Origin: the human T2T-CHM13v2.0 reference genome, Homo sapiens
NCBI RefSeq assembly: GCF_009914755.1
Contig: NC_060947.1
Strand: one strand, 5' to 3'
DNA length: 64,000 bases
How positions within the stretch are numbered: position 1 is the stretch's first letter; each line of letters opens with the position of its first letter. The notes beneath the pieces were generated by a model, which was not told where the DNA came from, ran no database searches, and worked only from the letters and a program-made list of their open reading frames with translations. The position numbers and the translations under genes are program-made. Below are positions 43,401-56,919 of the stretch, piece by piece.

Positions 43401-43858
43401 GGCTGGGCGCGGTGGCTTACGCATGTAATCCCAGCATTTTGGGAGACTGAGGCTGGCTGAGGCCAGGAACGTGGCCTCAAAGACTTTGAGACAAGAATGA
43501 GGTGGATGTATTTGAGGAAGAAAAGGAAGGCCATTGGCTGGGCGCGGTGGCTCACGCCTGTAATCCCAGCACTTTGGGAGGCCGAGGTGGGTGGATCATG
43601 AGGTCAGGAGTTCAAGGCCAGCCTGGCCAACATGGTGAAACCCCATCTCTACTAAAAATACAAAAATTAGCCGGGTGTGGTGGTGCACACCTGTAATCCC
43701 AGCTATTCAGGAGGCTGAGGCAGGAGAATCACTTGAACTATTAGGGAGGTGGAGGTTTCAGTGAGCTAGTATCATGCCACTGCACTCCAGCCTAGGTGAC
43801 AGAGCGAGACTCCTTCTCAAAAAAAAAAAAAAAAAAGAAAAAGAAAGAAAAAAAAGAT
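43401..43858 (+). mobile_element. Chimeric Alu: 5' Alu fragment (43401-43456) + 78-bp non-Alu segment (43458-43535) + full AluS (43536-43858)
   Basis: One TSD aaa(g)actgatat (43388-43399 / 43859-43868) brackets the whole unit; 43458-43818 matches 51601-51961. Confidence 0.93.
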
Positions 43859-44719
43859 AAACTGATATTAATGAGATATCTTCAGAAGATTCCTAATTAA
43901 TATCAGCTCTATATGGGCAAAATAGAAACAGAGAATGAGAAAAAAATAAGAAAATCATAATAGTGGTGACCCAATCACTTAATTGCTGTGGGATTTTCAG
44001 CATTTATATATGGCCTGTAAGAGTAATTAAAACAAATTCCTTAAGATTGCATTTTCTATCAAGGTTTAATGCCTGGTGTCACCATTCTAAGGCAATGTAG
44101 GTACTGCAGAACCCAGATGAGTATGTGGTGAAGGGTTTAGTAAGATTCTGAAGGATAGAGAACATCTCAATTTGACCAATAATTTAGCTAACTGTTGTTT
44201 GACTAAATTAGATACTTTTATCCTCAGTGATATGTCAGTTGGGTTTTGGTGGTACACAGAGGGAGATTATTATTTGAGTAGCTCTGTATTTGATTTAAAA
44301 ATCGCCAGTATTTTTAAAAAACTTTAGTACATTACATTAAACTCAAGACTTTATGGATACTCTTAATAGTTTTGCTTACACAGTAGAATAATATATATAC
44401 ACCGTTATTTAAATTAAGACATAGGTAAATAATATTCTAGGAAAGGTGACATATGGCAAAAGTCATCCAGACTGTGAATGACTGGTTTATGGAAAAATTG
44501 AGGCCAATTTTCTAACCTCTTGAATAAATAAACAAATAGACAAACAATTACTAATAAAAGGTAAAACGTCTCAAAAAACAGAAAAGAAAAGCACACAAAA
44601 GCCAGCATAAATGATAGCACTATAAGTTTATGAAAATCAATAGCTGGTTTAAATTAAGCAAAGAAATATCCTACTTCTATAGTTCTTGGCAATAAAGAAC
44701 AATATTGCTCTTTATAAAT

Positions 44720-44819
44720 TTAGTTAAGAAAGCTAAATCCAGCTTTGCCATGGAATATGTGACTTCTAAAAAGTAATTGTACTGCCACTTAGCAAAAAAA
44801 CAAAAATAAAAAATAAAAA
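44720..44819 (+). repeat. Dispersed direct copy of 45647-45737 ending in an A-rich tail
   Basis: ttagttaagaaagct...agctttgccatggaatatgtg...aaaaagtaattgta...ttagc + A-tract at both places. Confidence 0.92.
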
Positions 44820-45094
44820 GGAACAATATTGTTCTTGGCAATAAAGAACAATTATGAACTTGAAAAGAAAACTGGGCTCAGAACGCAAGTCATTTCTTAG
44901 GTGGTCTCAGGCTGAACTAAGATCCATTTCTCAGTATACTTTTCCTAAATGAAATAGAAATTGTATTACGAAATATTATAATGTATGGATAGAGATAATA
45001 ACTTTGGCATGCTTGATACTGTGACATAAAGATTTGGTGAGGGGTGAAATAGTTCATAGCATCCTTCCAAGGGATCTATTAACAAGAATTTGAA

Positions 45095-45430
45095 GTCCTA
45101 GATTCACTTAGAATCACCTGGGAAGGTTTAAAAAGTCCCGGAGTCCCAAATATTCAGACATAACCAAGCAGTCTTGTGTTTGTACCTAATGTGAGCATTT
45201 TTTAAGTAAGCTCTTCACATGATTCCACAGAACAACCAGAGTTGAAAACTATTCAATGATGCAGGTCTCCAATTTTAGGCACCAGAAGAAGTGCCTGGAA
45301 AGCTTGTTAAAAGTGCACATGCAGATTGAGCCTCAATGGGACTGAAGTGGGGCACAAAATATATTTACTTAACAAACTTTCTAGGTGATTCTAATGTGGA
45401 GGCCCACAGACCACTCTGAAAAACACAGGT
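45095..45430. mobile_element. Two adjacent MER5-type hAT MITEs
   Basis: ttagaatcacctgggaagg...ccagagttgaaaactatt; cctggaaagcttgttaaaa...aggtgattctaatgt...cagaccactctgaaaaacac. Confidence 0.7.
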
Positions 45431-48400
45431 GCAGGATTCGTTGTTTCTGTAATTAAAAATGCCGCCACTCTGTGGAATGCAAAATTGAAGATTCCAGCAG
45501 ACACATATCACCATAAACTAGGTCTTCCTTTTTAAATAATTCCTCCCAAATTGCTAATCAGAACTCATGATGAAGTCTTGATTTAAAAAACCTGAACTAT
45601 AGAAAATTACACTTTGAGAATTCCTCATGAAGAGGAAAATAAAAAATTAGTTAAGAAAGCTGAGTTCAGCTTTGCCATGGAATATGTGGCTTCAAAAAAA
45701 GTAATTGTATCATTTAGCAAAAAAAAAAAAAAAAAAAGTAATTAACAGTTAAGTGTTAAATAACAATACATCTCCCTTCTGAGAGAATACAAGTCTACTG
45801 TAGCTTCTATTTTTTAAAAATAGCAAAATTTGACAGGAATGCCAAAGACATTTGTTGTGAAAATAAATATACAAATATTAAATTAGTTAAATTAGTTGGA
45901 CTTAATTAACAATTATGTTTACTCAAGTTAACAACCAATTCATCAAAAGATTAACACCAATGAAGGGTTTTCAAATGTTGCTTAGCATAAGAATCACTTA
46001 CAGCATTTGTTAAAAGCTTGAATGAGTTCCTGGCTCACATTCCAAAACAATTGAACTCCAGGAAATTTTTACAATCATGTAATTTGGGGAGCATTATTCT
46101 AGTAAATGTCATAAACTACAAGGCTATCTTCTTACAGTGCCAATAAATGTAGTTAATTCTACATGAGATGATCATTTAAACGCATTATCTTGCATTTTTT
46201 CAGCAAAATGACAACCTACGCAACGATGACAAACCAGTTGGTTCTTTATTTTATCCTTCAATCGCTTACTCTGACAATACAGTTCCAGCCACGTATGTTT
46301 ATTTTACTGGGCTAATTTTGATCTCTAGACTCCTTGTTTTGCCTGAAATGACTACCAGAGTTGAGGTTGTTAGCTTATGTTTCTTAAGGAGAATGTATTA
46401 TTTGATGTAAGATTCTCATGAACCAATCATGTCACTGATTCTAAGTATTAATACATATTTCAAGGACATGATTGTTGTTAGTTGAAAGAAAAATATTCTT
46501 ATACATCCTTCACAGAGTAGCCACATCAAAGAGTTTCTGGAGAGTTGGCTTTAAGTTTCTAAAGATCCCACTCATAACCTAGTGACTTCCACAGTCACTG
46601 TAGGCCTTCTTACCATCTGGGCCTTTATAACACTAGAACATGCAAAAAATAATATTCAACAGTAAATTTTATTGGGTGAAGCATAGCCTTTGATATTTCT
46701 ACACTAAACTGAAAAATATACCAATTTAGCTTGATTTATTTTCAGAATGTATTCTGGACAACAACAGTTCAGAATCATCAACTGTGACAACGAGAAGCAT
46801 TTAGTGCGCTAAATTGGTATACATGTGTGCATACATGTGTAATGTGTATGTACTGTGAAATGAAAAATGCACATCATCAATATCTTTAAATAAGCCTAAT
46901 CAGTATATGTGCTACATTAAATAAATAGCTATGAGTTCCCAAGGCAATGCACTCCATCAGGAAATTACCCAGTGAATCCTTTTTGCATAGGCTAAAAATA
47001 AATACCCAGGTTTCTGTTCAACTAACTTTTCTTTAAGGACATGCATTTTATCTTAAAGAAAAGAGTCAGCTCATTCTTACTTCTCCCATAAAAATTCTAT
47101 GATTGTCTCTATTTTCTACTTTTTCCATTACATGGTAGCCCTGAATAATTTATTTATAAAGAATTGAGGAGGTATTGCACTCAGCAACTACCATAAGAAA
47201 AGCCTGTGAAAGCACCAAAGCTATTACCATGGATTTCCTATCTTTTGGACAATTTTATTTTTCCAGGGCTGTGAAATGACATTTTTTTTCAGATTCCATT
47301 TAAATTACATCCTCAGCAAATAACATGTCCTCAGCAAAGCCTAACTTTAGAAATACAGCTACTGATAAGATTTATTTTTAGTTTCCTCTTTACAGAATCT
47401 GTGCCATCACTGACGTGAAATAGAAACACAATAGAATTAAGTAAATGTACAACTGGTGATTTTGGAGTACTGCACCTTAAGTATTCTGCACCATGAGGTG
47501 ACCTTGTATTCATAGTCATCTTCAAAATGGGCATCTGAATGACTGTGTATCTTTATGAGAAAACTGGACATGGTTGAGAAATCACAGGAAGGAGATAGCA
47601 GAGATTTCTACTGGTGTAGTGCTGGAGAAGTGTAATTTTGTGTTGATAGCTCTAAAGATTTTAACTTCGGCTTATAGATAAGACTATATAGCTGACTGTA
47701 GCAAGTATAACATACTTAGCATTTGTACTTTCATGTTTAAGAGGGAAGGAGATCAGTCACTAAATATGAATGCTGCATATGTTAGCAATAGAGATAGTGA
47801 TTTTGTAACTTTAATTGCACTTGCCTTAAATCTTTTTCCAAAAAGAAATTATATATATAAACAAATAAGATGAGGATGGTTAAAGAACATTGTTTAGAAA
47901 TAGGCAAGTTCTGCGCTGATTATCCTTTTTTACATAATTTAATGCATAACGGCAGAGTATATTTGCCAGATCCATGTCAAGAGTATATGAGCACATAACA
48001 GCAGTTTGTATAAGCACAGGTGTTCTATGTTTAGATTAAAAATTAACCATGATAACTTTTGGTGTGACTGCTTTCAATTTCAAAAAGTTGGATGTTTAAA
48101 GATAAATTTATTACTTGCATAAGAATATTTTTGTATAATATTGGGAAAGGTTTAAAAGATGGACTTGCTTTATGGAGTGCAACTTTCAGAGAAAATAAAC
48201 AGGGTATGTGTCCAGTTTGTAAAATGTTTTCTTTCAAGATTACGCTTTCTCTGGTTAAATGCAAGGATGTGATGACTTGAAATACATTTTTGTGTGAATT
48301 GAACAATACCACCACCAATAACAAAAAATAAAGCAATGTGAATAAGTTGCGTATGCAAACTTCTTTTAATCAATGTTAGTAGATCCTGAAAACAAAAAAG

Positions 48401-48948
48401 GAGATCCATTTTTGTGAAAATAATGCTAGTAATAATTATCAACGAGGTTGACCATTTGATGCATAAACATATATCCATATCCATTCTAAAAAACATTTAA
48501 AAGTTTTCTCTTTGGAAACATTTTTATTCTTCATTCTTCAGTCTAAAATTATATTGATTTTCTAATATTAAAAACAATAAGTTAATAGCACCCCATAATT
48601 CTTATTAAATATTTATGACATCAAAATTAATATTATATATGAAGATAGTTCTTGAATTCTATGTATACCTGTTTGCGAATATAGGTCTTGGGGTAAACAT
48701 ATTAGAAAAGTTACGAGAACAAATATATTTAGGAAAATAGCATCCTGGTCAATATTTATTATGTATATCTCTCTCTCTGATATAAATATATACATGTATA
48801 TATATATCTACTGTATATATACATATATATTCCTTATAATTTAGTTATATTTAGTTTAGATACCCAGCATTGAAATCTATAAATGTAATTATGAGTTGGT
48901 TTGGGGAATCAAGTAGTAGCTACAAAGATGAAAATGTCCCTTAAAGAG

Positions 48949-49273
<325 letters not shown>

Positions 49274-51254
49274 CTAGATCATTTAAGAAGGTAATCATTC
49301 CAGATAAGATGAGGGGATTTTTTATATATGTTTTTCTATGTATTATCCAATAAGTGGTTTTAAGTTAGTTCTATAAACTCCTAATTAAGAAAAAATAGAG
49401 AAACTGAAAAACAGCATTCTTAACTGGGGACGAGATTTGTGACAAGAAAACCAGAAAAAGAATCACATGTTTTAGACATGATGCATTGTACATGATGCAC
49501 AATGAGGTGTGAAAAAGTAATAAACTAATAATATAGACTTTTTTTTTAAGTTTGGAAAACATTTCTTCCAAGAGGCCAAAGGCATTAAAATGAAAACCTA
49601 ATTTCTGTTATATCACAGATGTTTCTATACCCATGGTACGTATTACTGCTTCTTAATGATGCACAATTATTCTATATTTTGAACATCTGTGTAAAAGTTT
49701 GCAGTTATTACTGTATTAGGTCATGCCCCGAGGAAACGCCAAAATCAAGAGTGGGTGGATGCAGTTGCTCAAAGTAGTATTACAGGCATTTATTTGGAAA
49801 AGTAAAAGAGCATTTAGATCAGTCAAAATAACAATGGAACATTAACCCATATGAATTGACCCTTAGGTGTTACTTTTTCACCCACCCCCAATTGTCTCAG
49901 TAGAATATGAGTGAATCAAAAATATTGGCATATGCTAATTGTTTTTCTTATAATTCATCTAAGAATTTGACCAAACTAACAATGTAGAATCCTTCTTTTT
50001 GACCCATCTCTCTAATCTCTGTCTTAAAACAGAAAAAGGAAGGACCCCCACCACAAACACACACCCACAGAGTGGATTTTTTCTCTTTTCTCCAATGTTC
50101 CGTGCTTCCTTGCTCCAGGTCTGTATTGTGATTATAGAATACAATCTTTCTGTGATGGTGTCAACAGAAGCAAGGAGTCAGGTGAAGAACAGATCAGCAA
50201 GGTAGCAGTTGGGTGGGCCGCCAAGGTTGAAGGTGCAAAAGTCTGATCTTGAGTTGTCAAAGTCTACATCTGTTAACAGAGCTAGGAATGACCACTCTCC
50301 CTTGGACAGACTCATGCTAACCAGGTATTTAAGATTCTGTCTTCAAAAAAATGAGAATTACTAATTGTGGTCAAAAAGACCAGAATGTTCTCACTGCCTT
50401 GTTAGAAAGCCAAGTCATAATCAGAAACTTGAGAAATGTGGAATGATAAAGAAGAAAATGAACAGAAAGTACTTAATGTCAATTGTCTTGATGGATTTGT
50501 CTCCACCACTGAGAAATAATTGCTATTCTGTCTCTTTTCTGGTTATTTTCTTCCTTACACAGAGCTAGAAAGATAGAGACAAATTCTGACTACTCATGTT
50601 TTCTTAGTCTGGACTCATAGATGCCCCAACCCTCTTATTAAATAGTATAGCTTCAGATATAACAATATAGCCACGCCTGATTCTCTCTGCCTGGAATATG
50701 GGTATTAACTTCTCAGGCATTCATTTGTAAATCTCTGCTTTGAATAGCTGATCTTCTTGAGCACTTTGTCTAAGATAACCTAAATCTTCAACTTTGGGGT
50801 CAAATGTTGCTTTTGGTGAAATGAGCTCAATACACAATTAAGACCTATTGATTTGAGCTGATAATGTTTAATAATTGAAGTACCCATTGTCAACCTCATT
50901 ATTCTTTTAAAATGTAGGGAGAAAGAGCACCAGATAAATATTCCCAGGGCTTGTTTTAAGGGTCTGGCAGAGGAGAGCAGCTGTTTACTCAGTTTATCTG
51001 TTTTGATCTTTAGTAGACCTCCCTTTAAGATTACATTTGCCAGAAGTTTTCATCAGCTAACTTAACCACATGGAAGCCATAGCTGGGACAGCAGGATAGC
51101 GTAAAGAGCAGAGAAGTCACTTACATTAAGTTGAGAGACCTTGAGCATGTTATGTTATCTCTTTTACCCTCAAATTCCACATTTATATAAAAAAAAATAA
51201 AAGTAGACAGTAATACCTTTCATGAAGGTAAACTGTAAAAGTTCCTTCCTTCCT

Positions 51255-51678
51255 TACTTCATTCACTCATTAATGCCAGGCCTTGTTCCAGGTGCTGGGA
51301 ACATATTGGAGAATCACATAGTCAATATTCCTGATCCATGGGGTCTTACTTTCTGGTAGAGTATGAGAAAAAAGGCAAGTCCCTTAATCAGTGAGAAAAT
51401 TTCAGACAGTGATACATGCAATGACAGTATAAAATAGGAAGATGTGATAGGAAATAACTACCTGGGGAAGTTAATTTTGCATAGTTATTACTGAAAGCTA
51501 CTTCCAAGAGGTGAAATTATGGCTGGACGTAGAATCAAGAGAAGCGGACAACCAGGGAAAGATCTGGCATTAATTGCCATTCCATCCAAAGAACTGATCT
51601 TGAGGCCAGGAATGTGGCCTTAAAGACTTTGAGTCAAGAATGAGGTGGATGTATTTCAGGAAGAAAAGGAAGGCCATT
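51255..51678 (-). mobile_element. L2 LINE fragment (host of the Alu at 51679)
   Basis: ttcattcactcattaatgccaggccttgttccaggtgctggga...ccatggggtcttactttctggt. Confidence 0.7.
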
Positions 51679-51972
51679 GGCTGGGCACGGTGGCTCACGC
51701 CTGTAATCCCAGCACTTTAGGAGGCTGAGGTGGTTGGATCATGAGGTCAGGAATTCGAGACCAGCCTGACCAACATGGTGAAACCCCGTCTCTACTAAAA
51801 ATATAAAAATTAGCCAGGCATGGTGGCACGCACCTGTAATCCCAGCTACTCAGGAGGGTGAGGCAGGAGAATCGCTTGAACTATTAGGGAGGCGGAGGTT
51901 GCAGTGAGCTGAGATCACGCCATTGCACTCCAGCCTGGGGGACAGAGTGAGACTCCATCTCAAAAAAAAGAA
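51679..51972 (+). mobile_element. AluS with private gaacTATTAggga variant
   Basis: Perfect 18-bp TSD aagaaaaggaaggccatt (51661-51678, 51973-51990). Confidence 0.97.
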
Positions 51973-52046
51973 AAGAAAAGGAAGGCCATTATTGTTGGGA
52001 CATTGTGAATACAGGCTTAAAATTTATATGTATATATAAACTGTAA

Positions 52047-52085
<39 letters not shown>

Positions 52086-52216
52086 ACATAGCACATAGTA
52101 AGTACTAAATGCTGAAAGAGTAGGTAATATTACTGAAGGCAGGTTGGGGATCAGATTAAAAATTTTGCTTGTTTTAATGTTAAATGAAAATATGTGTAGT
52201 ATCTTTTGATTCCACC

Positions 52217-52521
<305 letters not shown>

Positions 52522-52877
52522 ACCTTTTTTTCTTTTTTCAAAATATATTTGATTTGGAGTTTATCACTGATCTCCAGGACGTCTTTAATAGGTTGCAATT
52601 AAGAGCATTTATCTTTACTTCTCTAAGTATTTCATCAAATCAGCTGTAAGAAAAGCTAAACCAAACCAAAATCTACACTCAGTTTAAGGACCTGATATGC
52701 TGTATCAGAGCAATGGGCTACTCAAGGTCTATATGGTTTTGGGGGGTAGGGGTAGCAGATTAAAGATGGGCATGAAATGCCTGTGTTTGAACCAATGCAA
52801 TAGTCTCCTCTCACTTCTCCAAGATTTGCAAAAAAAGAGCTGGGAAGGAAGACAGGTGCAAAGATGCCTGGGAGAAA

Positions 52878-53393
52878 TGTATTGATTTAGTTCTCTGTTG
52901 GTCTATAACAAACCACCCCAAAAGCCAATGGCTTAAAACAAGCATTTTATTATCCCTCGTGAGAACTGACTGGTATCAGCTGGAATCAGCTGGGTGGTTC
53001 TTCCACTGGTCTCATTTAGGGCCTCTCCTGCAGTTGTGGTCATATTGGAGATGGGGATAGAGTCATGTGGAAGCTAAACTGGGATGCTAAGATGACTGCA
53101 CCTCTCTTCCTCTCCATATAGTTCAGGGCCTCTGTTTTCCACTTGGCCCCTCTCTACCTGCTCCCTCCAGGAGGCTACTAGACTTCTCACATGGAAGTTC
53201 GAGTTTTTCAAAAGTGCAAAAGTGGAGGCAGCTAGGCCTGCTTAAAGTTTACCATGACCTTCACCACATTACATCAGTTTCAACGAGTCAAGTCAGAAGC
53301 CTACCCTAGATTCACTGCGGGAGGGGGCCACATTAGGGCATACATTCAGAAATATGTGGTTCATAGGAGTCATCTTTCAAGACTGGCTACCAC
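52878..53393 (-). mobile_element. MLT1 (ERVL-MaLR) solo LTR
   Basis: tataacaaaccaccccaaa...tggcttaaaacaagcattttatta...cagctgggtggttctt...ggctaccaca. Confidence 0.75.
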
Positions 53394-54904
53394 AGAATCA
53401 GTGAGAAAAAAAGGATGTGTGGGGCTGATGCTTCCATGTAGAGCCCAGTGTACTGTCTCACCTCACGAAACCATGGTATGGTTGGTCTTTGAGAGGCAGA
53501 AGATCAACAGCTGCCATCAGCATCTAGGAAAAACTGTCTAATCTCAAATGCTCATTATTAACACCAAAATTTTCTTAAAGTACACAAGCAGAAAAATTCT
53601 CTCTTCTTTCCTCTTCCCCTTTTTATTTATAAGGGTTCTTTCTTGTTTTAGTCAAAACTTTATCGCTCTGCTTACAGAAGAATAGACAGCCAGGTATTTG
53701 GGGGAGATTTTATATTGAGGTTCAGTTTTGCTGGTATTGAACTAATGCTAAACCTCCATAAGCAAAGACCCCAGGGATGACTTCTTATATAAATAAAAAT
53801 TCAGAGGCACATAAATTACTTTTTTATCTTAAGTCCTCAAAACTGGGTACAAAGCACAGATACAGTTTCCTAGCCAAGAGGTCATAATAACCTTTTGAAC
53901 AAGAATGAAGAAGCTGAAGCTATATTAAATTCTCATTAGCATTTCTTTGATCAAATGTATGTTTTCCTCCTTTTCACAACTTTTTTTTCAAATGCAAATA
54001 TGTGCTTAAACATTAGCCACTGAGCTGCAACTGGGAGAGCATCCGCAGAATGTTTAAATATGCAAATTAGCACCACAGAGAGGAAAAGATGAACCTTCTC
54101 TACTTGGCTCTTTTGTACACAGCACCGAGCACTGGAAAGTACAATTAAATAGAGTCTCTCTGAACTCCTCAATCAAGAAGTATATGTTATCAACTGAACT
54201 CTAAGTGGCTATGCTGCCAGAAGTCTTAGCAAAATGCCACATGTGCCCAAGAGAGATTCCAAATGGAATACAATTACAGTTAAATTGAGATACCTATTAA
54301 GGAAAGTGGCCCAAATCTGTGTTCATATAGATCAAATACAAAGTTTTATTTGAAACTGGGCTCAGTCCTTTCATCTGTGGATGATTTTTAAAGTAAATAT
54401 GGATGACCAATATGAACTGATGAAAGTAGAGGCCTGTAGGAGTAAACCTTCCAGGGTACCTTATCTAGAGGAAACTGCCCAATTCAAGAAAGAGTGACAT
54501 TTACTAAGATGTTGACTTTTTTTTCAAAAATATTAACAAATGCAAATAAGTCTACACATGCCAATTAAGTGATGCACCAAGTGTTGGTGAAGTCATGAGG
54601 AGATGAGGAAATGAGCATGCTTATTAACTACAGGCTGAAGGGTAAATTGGTACAATGGTCTTTTTAGAGTGAAAAGATGGTGTCAATTTTCACCTACCTG
54701 AAGCTTTTCTTCTCTTTAAAATCTGTTCACTAACCTACTACTGTCTACTGAACATTCCATTGAGAGCCTTATCCACAGTGTCTAGAACACCATAAGACTG
54801 GAAGTATGCATTTTAATTTGGCGTCTTCACACACAGAACCAAACTCCCTTATTCTAACTCTGCCACCTCCTAATTACATTCCTCTCTCCTCCTTCTCTTT
54901 TTGT

Positions 54905-55725
54905 TAAATTTTTTTATTATTTATTTTAAAATTTTGTGGGTACATAGTAGGTGTATACATTTATGGAGTGCATGAGATATTTTGATACAGGCATACAAGC
55001 ATAAAAATCATATCCAGGTAAATGGGGTATCCATCACCTCAAGCACTTATCCTTTGTGTTATAAACAATCCAATTATACTCTTACTTAAAAATGTACAAT
55101 TAAATTATTATTGACTATAGTCACCTTGTTGTGTTATAAAATACTAGATCTTATTAACTCTATCTAATTGTTTTTTGTACCCATTAACTCTCCCCACTTC
55201 CCACTCCCCCACTAACCTTCCCAGCCTCTGGAAACCATCCTTCTACTCTCTATTGCCATGAGTTCAGTTGTTTTAATTTTCAGTTCCCACAAATAACTGA
55301 AAAGATGTGACGTTTGTCCTTCTGTGACTAGCTTATTTCACTTAACATAATGACCTCCAATTCCATCCATGTTGTTCAAATGACAGGATCTCATTCTTTT
55401 TTATGGCTAAATAGTACTCCATTGTGTATATTTACCACATTATCTTTATCCATTCGTCTTTTGATAGACACTTAGGTTGCTTCCAAATCTTGGCTATTGT
55501 GAACAGTGCTACAATAGACATGAGAGTGCAGACATCTCTGCAATACATTGATTTCCTTGCTTTGGGAATATACCTAGGAGTGGGATTGCTGGATCATATG
55601 GTAGCTCTATTTTTAGGTTTTGATGAATCTCCAAACTGTTCTCCATAATGGTTGCACTAATTTACATTTCCAATGAGAGTGTACAAGGGTTCCCTTTACT
55701 CCACATCCTCAATAGCATTTGTTAT
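54905..55725 (-). mobile_element. L1MA (L1MA1-3-like) 3' end, interrupted by HERV-H
   Basis: gtgggtacatagtaggtgtata...gatacaggcat...ccatcacctcaagca; resumes at 61430. Confidence 0.88.
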
Positions 55726-56128
55726 TGTCAGGCCTCTGAGCCCAAGTTAAGCCATCACATCCCCTGTGACCTGCACATACACATCCAGATGGCCAGTTCC
55801 TGCCTTAACTGATGACATTCCACCACAGAAGAAGTGAAAATGGCCTGTTCCTGCCTTAACTGATGTCATTATCTTGTGAAATTCCTTCTCCTGGCTCAAA
55901 AGCTCCCTTACTGAGCACCTTGTGACCCCCACCCCTGCCCGCCAGAGAACAACCCCCTTTGACTGTAATTTTCCTTTATCTACCCAAATCCTATAAAACA
56001 GCCCCACCCCTATCTCCCTTCACTGACTCTCTTTTCGGACTCAGCCCGCCTGCACCCAGGTGAAATAAACAGCCTTGTTGCTCACACAAAGCCTGTTTGG
56101 TGGTCTCTTCACACGGACGCGCATGAAA
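55726..56128 (+). promoter_or_regulatory. 5' LTR7
   Basis: TGTCAGGCCTCTGAGCCCAAG start, two type-I repeats (cctgccttaactgatg), TATAAAA, AATAAA, end ...gcatgaaa. Confidence 0.95.
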
Positions 56129-56130
56129 TT

Positions 56131-56148
56131 TGGTGCCGTCACTCAGAT
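56131..56148 (+). other. Primer-binding site, tRNA-His
   Basis: TGGTGCCGTcACTCaGAT, two mismatches to TGGTGCCGTGACTCGGAT. Confidence 0.9.
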
Positions 56149-56919
56149 CAGGGGACCTCCCTTGGGAGATCAATCCCCTGTCCTCCTGCTCTTTGCTCCA
56201 TGAGAAAGATCCACCTACGACCTCAGGTCCTCAGACCCACCAGCCCGAGGAACATCTCACCAATTTCAAATCCAGTAAGCGGCCTCTTTTTACTCTCTTC
56301 TCCAACCTCTCTCACTATCCCTCAACTTCTTTCTCCTTTCAATCTTGGCGCCACACTTCAATCTCTCCCTTCTCTTAATTTCAATTCCTTTCATTTTCTG
56401 GTAGAGACAAGAGACACATTTTATCCGGGGACCCAAAACTCTGGCGCCGGTCACGGACTCAGGAAGGCAGCCTTCCTTTGGTATTTAATCACTGCAGGGA
56501 CACCTCTGATTATTCACCCATGTTCCATTGGTGTCTGATCTCCGCAGGGACGCCTGCCTTAATCATTCACCCACGTTCCCTTGGTGGCAAGTCAATTGCG
56601 GGGACGCCTGCCTTGGCTGCTCAACCACGTTGCAGCCCAGGGCTGCTCCCCACCACCTTCTCTGTGTCTCTATCCTTCTCTTTAAACTTGCCACCTTCAC
56701 TATGGGAGGCAACTTCCACCCTCCATTCCCCCTTCTTCTCCCTTAGCCTGTGTTCTTAAAAACCTAAAACCTCTTGAACTCACACCTGACCTAAAACCTA
56801 AATGCCTTATTTTCTTCTGCAATGCTGCTTGACCCCAATACAAACTTGACAGTGGTTCCAAATAGCCAGAAAATGGCACTTTCAATTTTTCCATCCTACA
56901 AGATCTAAATAATTATTGT

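Noticed and set aside
44682-45737. Repeat-spacer pattern as CRISPR-like
   Set aside because: Only two copies of each repeat, in mammalian DNA, with no cas genes.
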